DNA of 64,000 nucleotides, taken from contig OZ336880.1 of NCBI GenBank assembly GCA_965287045.1, positions 40,920,001 to 40,984,000 of the forward strand, read 5' to 3'. Positions 10,993 to 23,041 of this stretch are shown here, one piece after another. The notes under the pieces are model-generated. The model did not search any database, had not been told where the DNA came from, and saw only the letters and a list, made by a program, of their open reading frames with translations. Origin of the DNA: Carcharhinus amblyrhynchos. Taxonomy: Eukaryota. The position numbers and the translations under genes are program-made. Position 1 is the stretch's first letter; every line of letters starts with the position of its first letter.

Positions 10993-12147
10993 GTAATGTG
11001 TTTATATCCTTTGCATCTCAATGAGCTAGAGAGATGATTAATTTCTAGGCATACCAACAGTCTTAAAAAATTAATAAAACAGAATATGCTGGAAATACTC
11101 AGCAGGTCTGGCAATATCCATGGAAAGTGAATGGGTAGAATATTAACAGGCAAGGGGGTGGTGGGCTTGGGTGTGGAGTGTGGATCCAGTCCAGCCCTGA
11201 TTTAGCACAAGCTGTGCCCAGGTAGGGCATGAGGGGCATAACCAATGGGGAGGAATGAGACGGAGACAGGACTGGTGAGGGGGTTGAAATGCAAAAGGGT
11301 AAGGTGGAAGCAGAACTTAGAGTGAGGAGGCAAGGAGATGCAGTGAGCAAAGGTCCAGAGTGCAAGGATCAAAGTCTGTCCAGGGGAGGGTGAAAGACTG
11401 TTTGAATGCCGTTTGACTATAGCACCAGGACCTTTGACTCTATACAGTAACGGTGTGGTGTATGACGTCCTGCCCACCTCACCATGAGATTTGCCAAGCG
11501 TCTCACAGATGCGTAATTCGTGGGCTGAAAAGCAGAAGATCTTACGTGTTTAGCTGTCTGGCTGCCACCATTGGATATTGGAGAACAGAAAATTTCACAC
11601 ACAGTCTTCTTCAGCTCATATCAGCTCACAGTCTGAGTATATTTTATGTAGGAAACAATAAAAATATACAGTTACATTCTGACATTTGAAATAGTTAATC
11701 ATTCAGAAAGATTTAGCATTTTTATGTAAATACCAGCCTTTTCTGCTCTTTCTGTTGATTTATTTTAGGAAGACTTTCCTTTAAACAGGAGTGATTGTTA
11801 ATAGGCAAACTTATTGAAAGTGACCATGCATGTGAGCTAGTTAGTTGAAATGTAAGGTTGTCTGGATAATCTTGCGTTAATGACAATATCAATATCTCTA
11901 GCAGTGTTGATTTAATTTTCTTTTATTGTCAAGCTTACTGAAGTCAGTTTCTCAATTATTTAATTAGCAGTCACTGTGGCACAGTATATTGCCAAAAATA
12001 AGCTTTTTAATTGAAATTATTTTACTAAATTTAGAAATTTCTTGTTTTATGTTGTAAAAATATATTGTCCTGTCTCAAGTGTTATTTATGAAATATGATC
12101 TGTTACTGGCAATGAGCTAATAAAAAATAATTCTTTTGAAATCACAG

Positions 12148-12216
12148 AAAGAGTCAAGATAAGTGAAGAGATTGCTTACATGATTGTGGAAGAAGAGAAA
12201 GTCAGCCATTGGAAAG
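12148..12216 (+). CDS. TTN: Titin PEVK-region exon
   Basis: tcacag|AA...AAAG|gtacag; 69 nt; ERVKISEEIAYMIVEEEKVSHWK. Confidence 0.7.
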
Positions 12217-12247
12217 GTACAGACAAATTGAGTTACCTTGATTAAGT

Positions 12248-12480
12248 ACCTAGTCGGTTAGGTCAGTTGACTAGATGGCTGGTTTGTGATGCAGAATGGT
12301 GCCGAATGTGTGGGTTCAATTCCTGTACCAACTGAGGTTATTCATGAAGACCCTACTTTCTGAAACTTGCCCCTCACCTGAGGCATCGTGATCCTCATGT
12401 TAAATCATCACCAGTCAGCTCTCCCCCTTCAAAAGGGAGAGCAGCCTTTGGTTATTTGGGATGATGGTGACTTTAACTTT
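12248..12480 (+). mobile_element. tRNA-derived SINE (family distinct from HE1)
   Basis: A-box-like taggtcagttg, B box GGTTCAATTCC, (gacttt)-type tail. Confidence 0.7.
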
Positions 12481-12743
12481 TGCCTAGCTGCAACTTATTA
12501 TCTTGCCTTATTCAGGAAGAATGAATAGATAGGTGCCTTAGATAGCTACTGCTGTTCATGGAATTGCATGGAACATTATCCAGCAGTCTTAAGAAGAAGT
12601 TTTTTTTTGACAACTTTGGTGCTTATTAATTCACTGAAAGGGGATCAGCACATCATAGGTTGTCATTCAGATTTCTTAAATGCATTTTATTCCTTTGTGT
12701 AACCAAAAGAAAAGTGTGTAACATTAAAAATGCTTTTTTAAAG

Positions 12744-12806
12744 TTCCTGAGGCTCCCAAGAGAACTGACGACATTTATGTTGAAGACGAAATTCATGTAA
12801 CAGAAG
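12744..12806 (+). CDS. TTN: Titin PEVK exon
   Basis: ttaaag|TT...GAAG|gtacaa; 63 nt; VPEAPKRTDDIYVEDEIHVTE. Confidence 0.85.
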
Positions 12807-13780
12807 GTACAAAAATGAAGTGTTGTGCCTTTTTAATGTGCGCTTTCAGTGTTTTTATTATTTTAACTTGACGATTTATTTTCTTTAAATAGTCCCTCTC
12901 TTGTTCTTTTTCTTTTCCAATACTAATGATGTACTTTGCCGTCTTTTTGTTTCTTAATTTTTGCTTAACTATTGCATAAATTAAGTCTCTTTGAGTGTGT
13001 GCGTTTGTGGTGGTCCCCATATTTTAGAAAATAATTTGTTCAACAGTGGAAGTCTGAATGTGGTCAATTACCTTGTACTTCATTGCTATGTAATTTGTGT
13101 AAAAAAAACCCAAGAAAATCCACCAGTTATTTGACAGAAAACTGAACTTAAAACAATTTAAAATCTTAATATTTTTAATAATGAAACTAATCAGTCTGAA
13201 ACCTTATTAAGTGGTAAGCATGTGAATTGTGAAACTCAATCTATGTTGTCCAACCTTCTATATCATTAAGTATGATAAGCCTTTGCTGCATTTCCTTCGA
13301 ATGTCTTTTGTCAGTCGTGCTCTCAGATCATGGTTAAGCCTTTTCTATGTGTTAGTTTTTCTTCTATTTTCTTTGAACATTTTCTTGTGTCTTTTTCTGT
13401 ACACAACATAACCAAAAATGAAACTGAACTAGAAAAATATGGAAACATTGATAGTGCGAAGGTAGTTTGTAAAATATTAAATACATTTCATTGCAAATTA
13501 TACATCAAGCACAGAATAAACTTCTCATGAGACTGCTTATTATTTAACACATGATTTTAAATTCTGGAAACATGAAGGAACCATTTGGAATTATTAAGAA
13601 TATAGCAAAGGTAACAATTTGATAGTTTTCTTGCTGTCTGACCAATATACATCTGAAGTGCATTTTTCTGCAAAATATAGGATGTGAGAGCACAGAGTAT
13701 TTGTTAATATAGTTTGTTAAATGTGTATAAATATCTTCTGTTAATTGGTGTAATCTGCAATAATAATAATTTCTTTAAAG

Positions 13781-13870
13781 TGCCTGGATTTGCCAAAATA
13801 CCTGAAAAAGTATCTGAACAAGCTTTTCCCCCTCGGACTCCTATTGTACAGGAGACAATACTACACAAAG
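13781..13870 (+). CDS. TTN: Titin PEVK exon
   Basis: ttaaag|TG...AAAG|gtataa; 90 nt; VPGFAKIPEKVSEQAFPPRTPIVQETILHK. Confidence 0.82.
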
Positions 13871-14826
13871 GTATAAAGAGCTTGTGCTGTGTTTACAACA
13901 AAGCAGCTGTTTGTGATCTTGTTAGTCTTCTATTGTGTTTTCTCACAACAAAGGCCAGCTTCTTGTATTTACCTTTGCTTATTTATTTACGTACCACTCT
14001 TTGAGATTTGGTGCGGTTTACCAAAGCAGATCTTGTACTTTTTAATTGCTACTACCTGTGTAGACTCCTATTACTGATCATTTTTGATGTTTTGTGCAAA
14101 GTGTTTAACACTGTCAACTCTGTGTTTGTTTATATTTTATTGAACTAATTTAAAATTGTGTGTCTTTTAAAAATTGTACATGTGCAAGAAAGTTTGGATT
14201 CACACTCAATCGGGACTAATAACCTTTACATGGCATAAAGTGCCAAGAAAATATGACTTCAATAATTTGGATTACTAACTCTTCCGTAAGCACTCTAGGG
14301 CAAATTGAACCAGTTGGTATAGCAAAATGTTTGAAGACCAACCCTGGAATTATTTCTACTGCAGCACTTCAAATTGCACTTTTGTCAGATTGCTAACAGG
14401 ACAGGAGCATCATCTTTTGAAAACTGATGCAAAGAACCGATGCAATCGTTAGATCTGATTGCTGGTGATTATATTTTTGCAGGAACTAATTACAAAAGAG
14501 GTTTTAGTGCAGATCCAACAAAATATAATGCAGTGTGACAGATTTCATATTTCACCGCCATCTCAAACATATTTTGATTCCAGGTTTAACAATTAATTGG
14601 GAATTTTTGTATATATGCATTTTCTTTCACTTCCAACTGGTAAGATTTGTAATTATTGTTGTACATTTAGAGCTGCTTCTCGTATTTTTGTGTCAGATGA
14701 CTATGCTTTATGTTCTAGTTGTTGTAATTATGCTTTTGTTCCATATATGTTGCTTAATCTTTTAAACATCTTCTAAGTTAACCTTCTTGAATGTAATTTA
14801 TCTAAAATTCAAAATATTTTTTAAAG

Positions 14827-14892
14827 AACATGCTGTTGAGGAGGTTACGCACATTACAGTTTCAAGAAAGGAAGTAGTGCCTCCAAAAAAAG
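14827..14892 (+). CDS. TTN: Titin PEVK exon
   Basis: ttaaag|AA...AAAG|gtatgg; 66 nt; EHAVEEVTHITVSRKEVVPPKK. Confidence 0.84.
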
Positions 14893-15564
14893 GTATGGAA
14901 ATATTCATAGTGTATTTTTTAAATATCTTAGTGAAAGAAGAAGGCACAGGACTTTGCTGGATTTGCGACTTGACTCTAAGTGTGGAATTTAATGTTATGC
15001 CTTAGTAGCCAGGGTACTTTTAATCAAGCAAGATGGTGGTGGGTGGGACGCCACTGCTTTCCCACCTATGCCCCAATTACATCCAGGGTAGGAAGTGTCA
15101 TGGATGACTTTCCTCTACTGCCACCAATTGAGGCCTTTAAGTGGGCAATGAGTGCCCACTGAATTGCTGATTTGAGGGCCTGACTTCGGGAAGGGTGGAA
15201 GATTTGCTGAGATTCACTACCCTCCCCTTGATGCTGACCCACCCCCACGTCCTATGTCCCCTGCTTCGTCATCATCCGCCTGTGGAGGATCCCTCAGTGA
15301 TTAAGGCCTTGGTTGGGTGTACTGCTGGAAATTGCCACCACTCATGTGGGTGCTGCTGAGCAGTAGAGCAGCCGGCCTTTGGCTGCTGGCTTTGGTGGGC
15401 GAGTTCTACCCTGGGGTCCTTGTTCCAGCACAGGCCCACAGCTGCCCTGTTGATTACCTGATTGGCATTTAATTCAGCTGGCCTTCCCAAAAAAGAGTCA
15501 ACGTAGAGCTTTTACCAGCAAGACTCCATTACATCCATTAACTACACTCCATCCATGTATGTTT

Positions 15565-16420
15565 TCAATTACACATGAACCTTCTGGATATTTTAAGGTT
15601 ATTTCTCAATGAGCCTAAATGATTTTAGCTGCATCTCTTCATATAGTGTTCTTTATGTATCCCAAACTGCTTTTCTATATTGCATATTATAGTTTTATTT
15701 ATCCATTAAGTAGAGGGGCACGTTGCATTAGAAACACTGGCCGGAATCTTGTGGAGGCAGTTGGGACCCTGGTTACCAGCTGGAAAACATGGCAGGAGCC
15801 AATCATCACCGCTTTTAGGGAAAGCATCTTGCTCCACACAAACACTCAACAATGTCAGCAGCGGTTTTACCTTGGGATCAAGGACTCCAGAAGCAAAAAT
15901 TCACCCAGCAATAGCTGCCAGCCAATCAGAGACCAGAACAATGGTGGTAACATTGGTAGTGGTGGCTGCTGCCAATGTAACACCCACCCGAAGACCTGGA
16001 CAGGCCAACAATGTGTGATGGTGGGAGGGATGGTACTGGGGAAGGTGTTGAGCAGCAAAGAAGGTGGGGTGTTTCTCAGTGGGCACCCCCATCCCCCCTG
16101 AATGTTGGCTCCCTCGACCTGACTCTCAGTACTTTTGAACGAAACACCCCCATCACAAGAGACCCCAAGTATGGCAATCCCCTTTCCCCCTGCATGCCGG
16201 TAATTTAAAATAGCTTAAGTGGGCATTAATTGGGCCACACATCGGCATTTCCACCATGGACTTATTTCTGGTGGAGGTGGGAAGATGGCAGGGTATCTAT
16301 CTGATTAACAATCATATTCACCATGCTATTGGAGGTAAATATATGAAGAGTTACAACTAAAATAATTTAGATTAGTTGAGAAATAGCCTTAAAATATCCA
16401 GAAGGTTCATGTGTAATTGA
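15565..16420. repeat. 81-bp imperfect inverted repeat (arms 15565-15645 and 16340-16420), repeated in each cassette unit
   Basis: TCAATTACACATGAACCTTCTGGATATTTTAAGGTTATTTCTCAA.. is the reverse complement of ..TTGAGAAATAGCCTTAAAATATCCAGAAGGTTCATGTGTAATTGA (44/45), and complementarity extends ~36 nt further. Confidence 0.95.
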
Positions 16421-16651
16421 CCTGTCTTGTAGCTGCCTTGCTAATTAAGTAGATTGCTTAAGGCAATAATAAGTTTTTGTATAGTAGAATCACAATACAA
16501 AGTGAGAAATTATTGTGTGAATGGAGTATGATTGTACACTGTGCAATGCATTAGATGGATCTTTTGTGTTTAAAGCTAAATGTATTTCTGTGTTAAAATG
16601 TTCCATGTGCAAGTCTTTGATTTTTTTTGTCCAAAATTGAATTTCTTAAAG

Positions 16652-16723
16652 TGCCAGAGGTTCCTGGGGTTCTTCCTGAAGAAGCGAAACCAGCTTTGCG
16701 AAAAGAGAAGGTTGCTCCAAAAG
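16652..16723 (+). CDS. TTN: Titin PEVK exon (triplicated cassette, copy 1)
   Basis: ttaaag|TG...AAAG|gtacaa; 72 nt; VPEVPGVLPEEAKPALRKEKVAPK. Confidence 0.88.
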
Positions 16724-18351
16724 GTACAAAGGAGACCACGTGTTGTATATTACACATTATCTTTTGATAAGTCATGCATCCATCTTGTCATTACCATGCA
16801 AAATATTTATCTTTTGGAGGCTTCAAACTGCTGGTGCTTAGTTACTTGTCAATCTTATTTTACAATATTCCATTGCTGAACTGTGCTATTTCTCTGCTAG
16901 AATTAGAAATAATTTTGATTAATGTCTTTATTATTAGCTAAGCATTCAGATGCAGAGGCTGAGAAATTTAGCTCCTTAATGCTTACTTTTCCATGCTTTA
17001 CGAGAACCAATTTTCTCCAAAATGGCTTGCTTACACTTCTGGTGCGAGCCACGCTGTCACATTTTGTTGAGGGTATTAGAGCACATGCAGGGAGCATCTG
17101 TGAGACATTCGTAGACATCAGTCAGCATGTAACATTGACTACTTTTAAGTTAGTTGATTGATTTCTATTGGCTGTACAACATTTGCCGAAAGGTTTAGTG
17201 GGTTTCCATTAACTACCATTCCATCCATGTATGTTTTCAATTACACGTGAACCTTCTGGATATTTTAAGGTTATTTCTCAATGAGCCTAAATGAATTTAG
17301 CTGCAACTCTTCACAGTGTTCTTTATGTATCTCAAACTGCTTTTATATATTGCATATTATAGTTTTGTTTATCCATTAAGTAGAGAGGCACGTTGCATTA
17401 GAAACACTGGCCGGAATCTTGTGGAGGCAGTTGGGACCCTGGTTACCAGCTGGAAAACATGGCAGGAGCCAATCATCACCGCTTTTAGGGAAAGCATCTT
17501 GCTCCACACAAACACTCAACAATGTCAGCAGCGGTTTTACCTTGGGATCAAGGACTCCAGGAGCAAACATTAACTCAGCAATAGCTGCCAGCCAATCAGA
17601 GACCAGAACAATGGTGGTAACATTGGTAGTGGTGGCTGCTGCCAATGTAACACCCACCCGAAGACCTGGACAGGCCAACAATGTGTGATGGTGGGAGGGA
17701 TGGTACTGGGGAAGGTGTTGAGCAGCAAGGAAGGTGGGGGGTTTCTCAGTGGGCATCCCCATCCCCCTTGAGTGCTGGCTCCCTCGATCTGACTCTCAGT
17801 ACTTTTGAATGAGACACCCCCATTACAAGAGACCGTAACTATGGCAAACCCCCTTCCCACTGCATGCTAGTAATTTAAAATAGCAGCGGTGGGATAAGAC
17901 CCTTAAGTGGGCATTAATTGGGCCACACATCGGCCTTTCCACCATGGACTTACTTCTGGAGGTGGGAAGATGGTAGGGTCTCCACTCGACATCCTTTTAT
18001 CTGATTAACAATCATATTCACAGTGCTATTGGAGGTAAATATATGAAGAGTTACAACTGAAATCATTTGGACTAGTTGAGAAATAGCCTTAAAATATCCA
18101 GAAGGTTCATATGTAATTGACCTGTCTTGTAGCTGCTTTACTAATTAAGTAGATTGCTTAAGACAATAATAAGTTTTTGTATAGTAGAATCACAATACAA
18201 AGTGAGAAATTATTGTGTGAATGGAGTACGATTGTACACTGTGCAGTGCATTAGATGGATCTTCTGTGTTTAAAGCTAAATGTATTTCTGTGTTAAAATG
18301 TTCCATGTGCAAGTCTTTGATTTTTTTTGTCCAAAATTGAATTTCTTAAAG

Positions 18352-18426
18352 TGCCAGAGGTTCCTGAGTTTCTTCCTGAAGAAGCGAAACCAGCTTTGCG
18401 AAAAGAGAAGGTTGCTCCAAAAGAAG
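18352..18426 (+). CDS. TTN: Titin PEVK exon (triplicated cassette, copy 2)
   Basis: 75 nt; VPEVPEFLPEEAKPALRKEKVAPKE; AG/GT intact. Confidence 0.88.
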
Positions 18427-20204
18427 GTACAAAGGGAGCCATATGTTGTCTATTAGCATTGTCTTTTGATAAGTCATGCATCCATCTTGTCATTACCACG
18501 CAAAATATTTCTCTTTTGGAGGCTTCAAACTGCTGGTGCTTAGCTACTTGTCAATCTTATTTTACAATATCTGTCATTTCAATTGTTTGCTGATGCATTT
18601 GTGCCATTCCATTGCTGTACTGTGCTATTTCTCTGTTTGAAGTAGAAAAAATTTTGATTAATGTCCTTATTATTAGCTAAGCATTCAGATGCAGAGGCTG
18701 AGAAGTTTAGCTCCTTACTGCTTGCTTTTCCATGCTTTACAAGAACCAATTTTCTCCAAAATGACTTGCTTACACTTCTGGTGCGAGCCACGCTGTCACA
18801 TTTTGTTGAGGGTATTAGAGCACATGCAGGGAGCATCTGTGAGACATTAGTAGACATCAGTCAGCATGTAACATTGACTTGATACAAGTGCTGCCAATAT
18901 AGAGCTGAACACTCCAATCAGCAGCCTCTCTTAAGCTCACACTGTGAGCCATTTGGCATTTAGCAATGGTACATGGTTAAGGGATCAGCAACTACTTTTA
19001 GGTTAGTTGATTGATTTCTACTGGCTGTACAACATTTGCCGAAAGGTTTAGTGGGTTTCCATTAACTACCATTCCATCCATGTATGTTTTCAATTACACG
19101 TGAACCTTCTGGATATTTTAAGGTTATTTCTCAATGAGCCTAAATGAATTTAGCTGCAACTCTTCACAGTGTTCTTTATGTATCTCAAACTGCTTTTATA
19201 TATTGCATATTATAGTTTTGTTTATCCATTAAGTAGAGAGGCACGTTGCATTAGAAACACTGGCCGGAATCTTGTGGAGGCAGTTGGGACCCTGGTTACC
19301 AGCTGGAAAACATGGCAGGAGCCAATCATCACCGCTTTTAGGGAAAGCATCTTGCTCCACACAAACACTCAACAATGTCAGCAGCGGTTTTACCTTGGGA
19401 TCAAGGACTCCAGGAGCAAACATTAACTCAGCAATAGCTGCCAGCCAATCAGAGACCAGAACAATGGTGGTAACATTGGTAGTGGTGGCTGCTGCCAATG
19501 TAACACCCACCCGAAGACCTGGACAGGCCAACAATGTGTGATGGTGGGAGGGATGGTACTGGGGAAGGTGTTGAGCAGCAAGGAAGGTGGGGGGTTTCTC
19601 AGTGGGCATCCCCATCCCCCTTGAGTGCTGGCTCCCTCGATCTGACTCTCAGTACTTTTGAATGAGACACCCCCATTACAAGAGACCGTAACTATGGCAA
19701 ACCCCCTTCCCACTGCATGCTAGTAATTTAAAATAGCAGCGGTGGGATAAGACCCTTAAGTGGGCATTAATTGGGCCACACATCGGCCTTTCCACCATGG
19801 ACTTACTTCTGGAGGTGGGAAGATGGTAGGGTCTCCACTCGACATCCTTTTATCTGATTAACAATCATATTCACAGTGCTATTGGAGGTAAATATATGAA
19901 GAGTTACAACTGAAATCATTTGGACTAGTTGAGAAATAGCCTTAAAATATCCAGAAGGTTCATATGTAATTGACCTGTCTTGTAGCTGCTTTACTAATTA
20001 AGTAGATTGCTTAAGACAATAATAAGTTTTTGTATAGTAGAATCACAATACAAAGTGAGAAATTATTGTGTGAATGGAGTACGATTGTACACTGTGCAGT
20101 GCATTAGATGGATCTTCTGTGTTTAAAGCTAAATGTATTTCTGTGTTAAAATGTTCCATGTGCAAGTCTTTGATTTTTTTTGTCCAAAATTGAATTTCTT
20201 AAAG

Positions 20205-20279
20205 TGCCAGAGGTTCCTGAGTTTCTTCCTGAAGAAGCGAAACCAGCTTTGCGAAAAGAGAAGGTTGCTCCAAAAGAAG
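20205..20279 (+). CDS. TTN: Titin PEVK exon (triplicated cassette, copy 3)
   Basis: 75 nt; identical to copy 2. Confidence 0.88.
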
Positions 20280-21660
20280 GTACAAAGGGAGCCATATGTT
20301 GTCTATTAGCATTGTCTTTTGATAAGTCATGCATCCATCTTGTCATTACCACGCAAAATATTTCTCTTTTGGAGGCTTCAGACTGCTGGTGCTTAGCTAC
20401 TTGTCAATCTTATTTTACAATATCTGTCGTTTCAATTGTTTGCTGATGCATTTGTGCCATTCCATTGCTGTACTGTGCTATTTCTCCGTTTGAAGTAGAA
20501 AAAATTTTGATTAATGTCCTTATTATTAGCTAAGCATTCAGATGCAGAGGCTGAGAAGTTTAGCTCCTTAATGCTTGCTTTTCCATGCTTTACAAGAACC
20601 AATTTTCTCCAAAATGACTTGCTTACACTTCTGGTGCGAGCCACGCTGTCACATTTTGTTGAGGGTATTAGAGCACATGCAGGGAGCATCTGTGAGACAT
20701 TAGTAGACATCAGTCAGCATGTAACATTGACTTGATACAAGTGCTGCCAATATAGAGCTGAACACTCCAATCAGCAGCCTCTCTTAAGCTCACACTGTGA
20801 GCCATTTGGCATTTAGCAATGGTACATGGTTAAGGGATCGGCAGCTACTTTTAAGTTAGTTGATTGATTTCTATTGGCTGTACAACATTTGTCGAAAGGT
20901 TTAGCGGGTTTCCAGACTTGATGAAGGACTTGGTCCTGACTTGAAGGATTCTTCACAAATCATTTAATCAGAGGTATGGGCCCAGCATCTTCTTGAACTA
21001 TGACATGACAGGGTGAATGAACTGAGGATCTCTAAGCGGAACAAGTTGCTGGAAACGAGAGTCAAGGACGGAAGAAGGACTCTCAATGGGAGCATGAGGA
21101 CCAGTATGTTAGACATGTCCAATTCATTACGTATATCCTCAGTGAAATCCACTATCTATTGCAGCCACAAGTGCAACATCGGAACAGGATGATGTTGGCA
21201 CTGACAGTGTCCATGGAAGTGACTGTGGCCAGGGTTCTTCTGCTTCTGATTTTGTTGTGTCAGCACCATGGACTAATGTGCATATTCCACCAGCGTGTAT
21301 ATGTGTAATGTTAGTTAAACTAGTCATGACTTGTTGAAATCGTAGGCCTGATAATGGAAATGTTTACATGGAAATAATCTAAAGGTAGGCCTTGAAGATT
21401 TCAAATGATGGGGCTGTGACATTTTGTCGCCATAACATAGTAGAGCATGGCTATATTTTCTGACTGACCTGCCTATGCACCAAGAATTTCATTGTGCATA
21501 ATTACGAGCCTTCTTCTGAATGTCCCACCAAATCTTCATCTGAGTCATCTGCAGCAGAACGTTTGTGAAACCTCACCATCTGGCAAACTAGCACCAATGC
21601 TTCCCAGATCCCCTGACCTGGCTATAGCCCACTTGTACCTGGTGACTCACCATGTGAAAA

Positions 21661-22830
21661 TCTTTTCTTTATTTATTTCTGGGGTGTGGGCATTGCTGGA
21701 TAGGCCAACATTTGTTGCCCATTCCTAATTGCCCTTCAGAACGTGGTGGTGAGGTACCTTATTAAATCACTGCATTCCACATGGTGTGGACTGTTATCAC
21801 TGGTAGGGAGAGAGTTCCAGGATTTTGTCCCAACAGTAGAGAAGGAATTGCAATATATTTCCAAGTCAGGATGGTGAGAGATTTTGGAGGAGAACTTACA
21901 AGTGGTGGTGTTCACATGCCCTTACCCTTCTCGATGGTGATAGTTATGGATTTGGGAGGTGCGGTCTGAGGAGCCTTGGTGAGTTCCTGCAGTTCATCTT
22001 GTGGATGGAATACATTACTGCCACTGTGCATTGGTGTTGGAAGGTGTGAATGTTTGTGGATGGATTGACAATTAAGGAAGCTGCTTTATCCTGAATGGTG
22101 TAGAGCTTCTTGAATATTGCTGGAGCTGCACTCATCCAGGCAAGTAAAGAATATTCCATCACATCCCTAACTTGTACCTCGTAGATGGTGAACAGGCATT
22201 GAGGAGTCAGGAGATGAGTTACTTTCTATAGGAATCCTAGCCTCTGAGCTGCTCTTTAGCGTCAGTATGTCTGTAGCTAGTCCAGTTCAGTTTCTGGTCA
22301 ATGGTAATCCCCAGGATGTCGATAGTGGAGAACTCAGTGACGGTAATATCATTGAATATCAAGGGGTGATGGTTAGATTCTCTCTTGTTGGGGATGGTCC
22401 TTGCCTTGCACTTATGTGGAGCAAATGTTACTTGCCATTTGTCAGCCCAAGCCTGGATATTGTCAACATCTTGCTGAATTTGGACATCAACAGGGTTCTG
22501 TATCTGAGGTGCAAAACATTGTGCAGTCATTGTCAGGGCCCATAACCTTTGCAGTACACAGTGCTGTCAGCTGTTTTTTGATATCGTGTTGAGTGAATCA
22601 AATTGGCTGAAGACTGGTTGAGGCTGAGATGGATCATCCACTCAGCACTTCTGGCTGAATATTATCATGAATGCTTCAGCTTTATCTTTTGCACTGATGC
22701 TGGGCTCCTCCATCATTGAGGATGGGAATGCTCTACAAGCTCTTCTGCTCTAGTGTGCTCTTTAATTGTCCACCACTATTCACAGTTGGATGTGGCAGGA
22801 CTGTAGAGCTTGCCTTTGTCTGTCACGTGC
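21661..22830 (-). mobile_element. CR1-clade LINE 3' portion (second family), degenerate
   Basis: Minus-strand ORFs QQDVDNIQAWADKWQVTFAPHKC..ILGITIDQKLNW and MEYSLLAWMSAAP..KKLYTIQDKAA (RT C-terminus). Confidence 0.87.
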
Positions 22831-22918
22831 TTTGTGTGATTTTCATTAGATGTTTAAATAAATGTCATTCTTTTTAATAAGCTTTTGCTAAATATAAAAC
22901 ATATTCCTAAAATGCCAG

Positions 22919-23041
22919 ATGTTGCTGTGAAAGCTACTCCTGAAGAACCAGTTCCGGTTCAAAGGAAACCTACTCCTGGGAAACCAGTTCCGGTTCAAAG
23001 GAAACCTACTCCTGAAGAACCAGTTTCAGTTCCAGTAAAAG
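22919..23041 (+). CDS. TTN: Titin PEVK exon with internal 36-nt repeat
   Basis: tgccag|AT...AAAG|gtacaa; 123 nt; DVAVKATPEEPVPVQRKPTPGKPVPVQRKPTPEEPVSVPVK. Confidence 0.82.

Larger units (their letters stand above)
15534..20914 (+). repeat. Tandem triplication of an exon-containing cassette (units start 15534, 17205, 19058)
   Basis: Units 2 and 3 have an exact 1853-bp period; unit 1 is 1671 bp with deletions; identical ORF-track translations recur. Confidence 0.97.

Noticed and set aside
14470-14510. Possible 18-nt microexon (tttgcag|GAACTAATTACAAAAGAG|gtttta)
   Set aside because: Very weak donor and non-PEVK composition; unsupported without RNA data
15619-19713. Repeated 85-160 aa ORFs in the triplicated cassette
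   Set aside because: No recognisable domain, frames differ between units, and they lie in repeat-derived intron sequence
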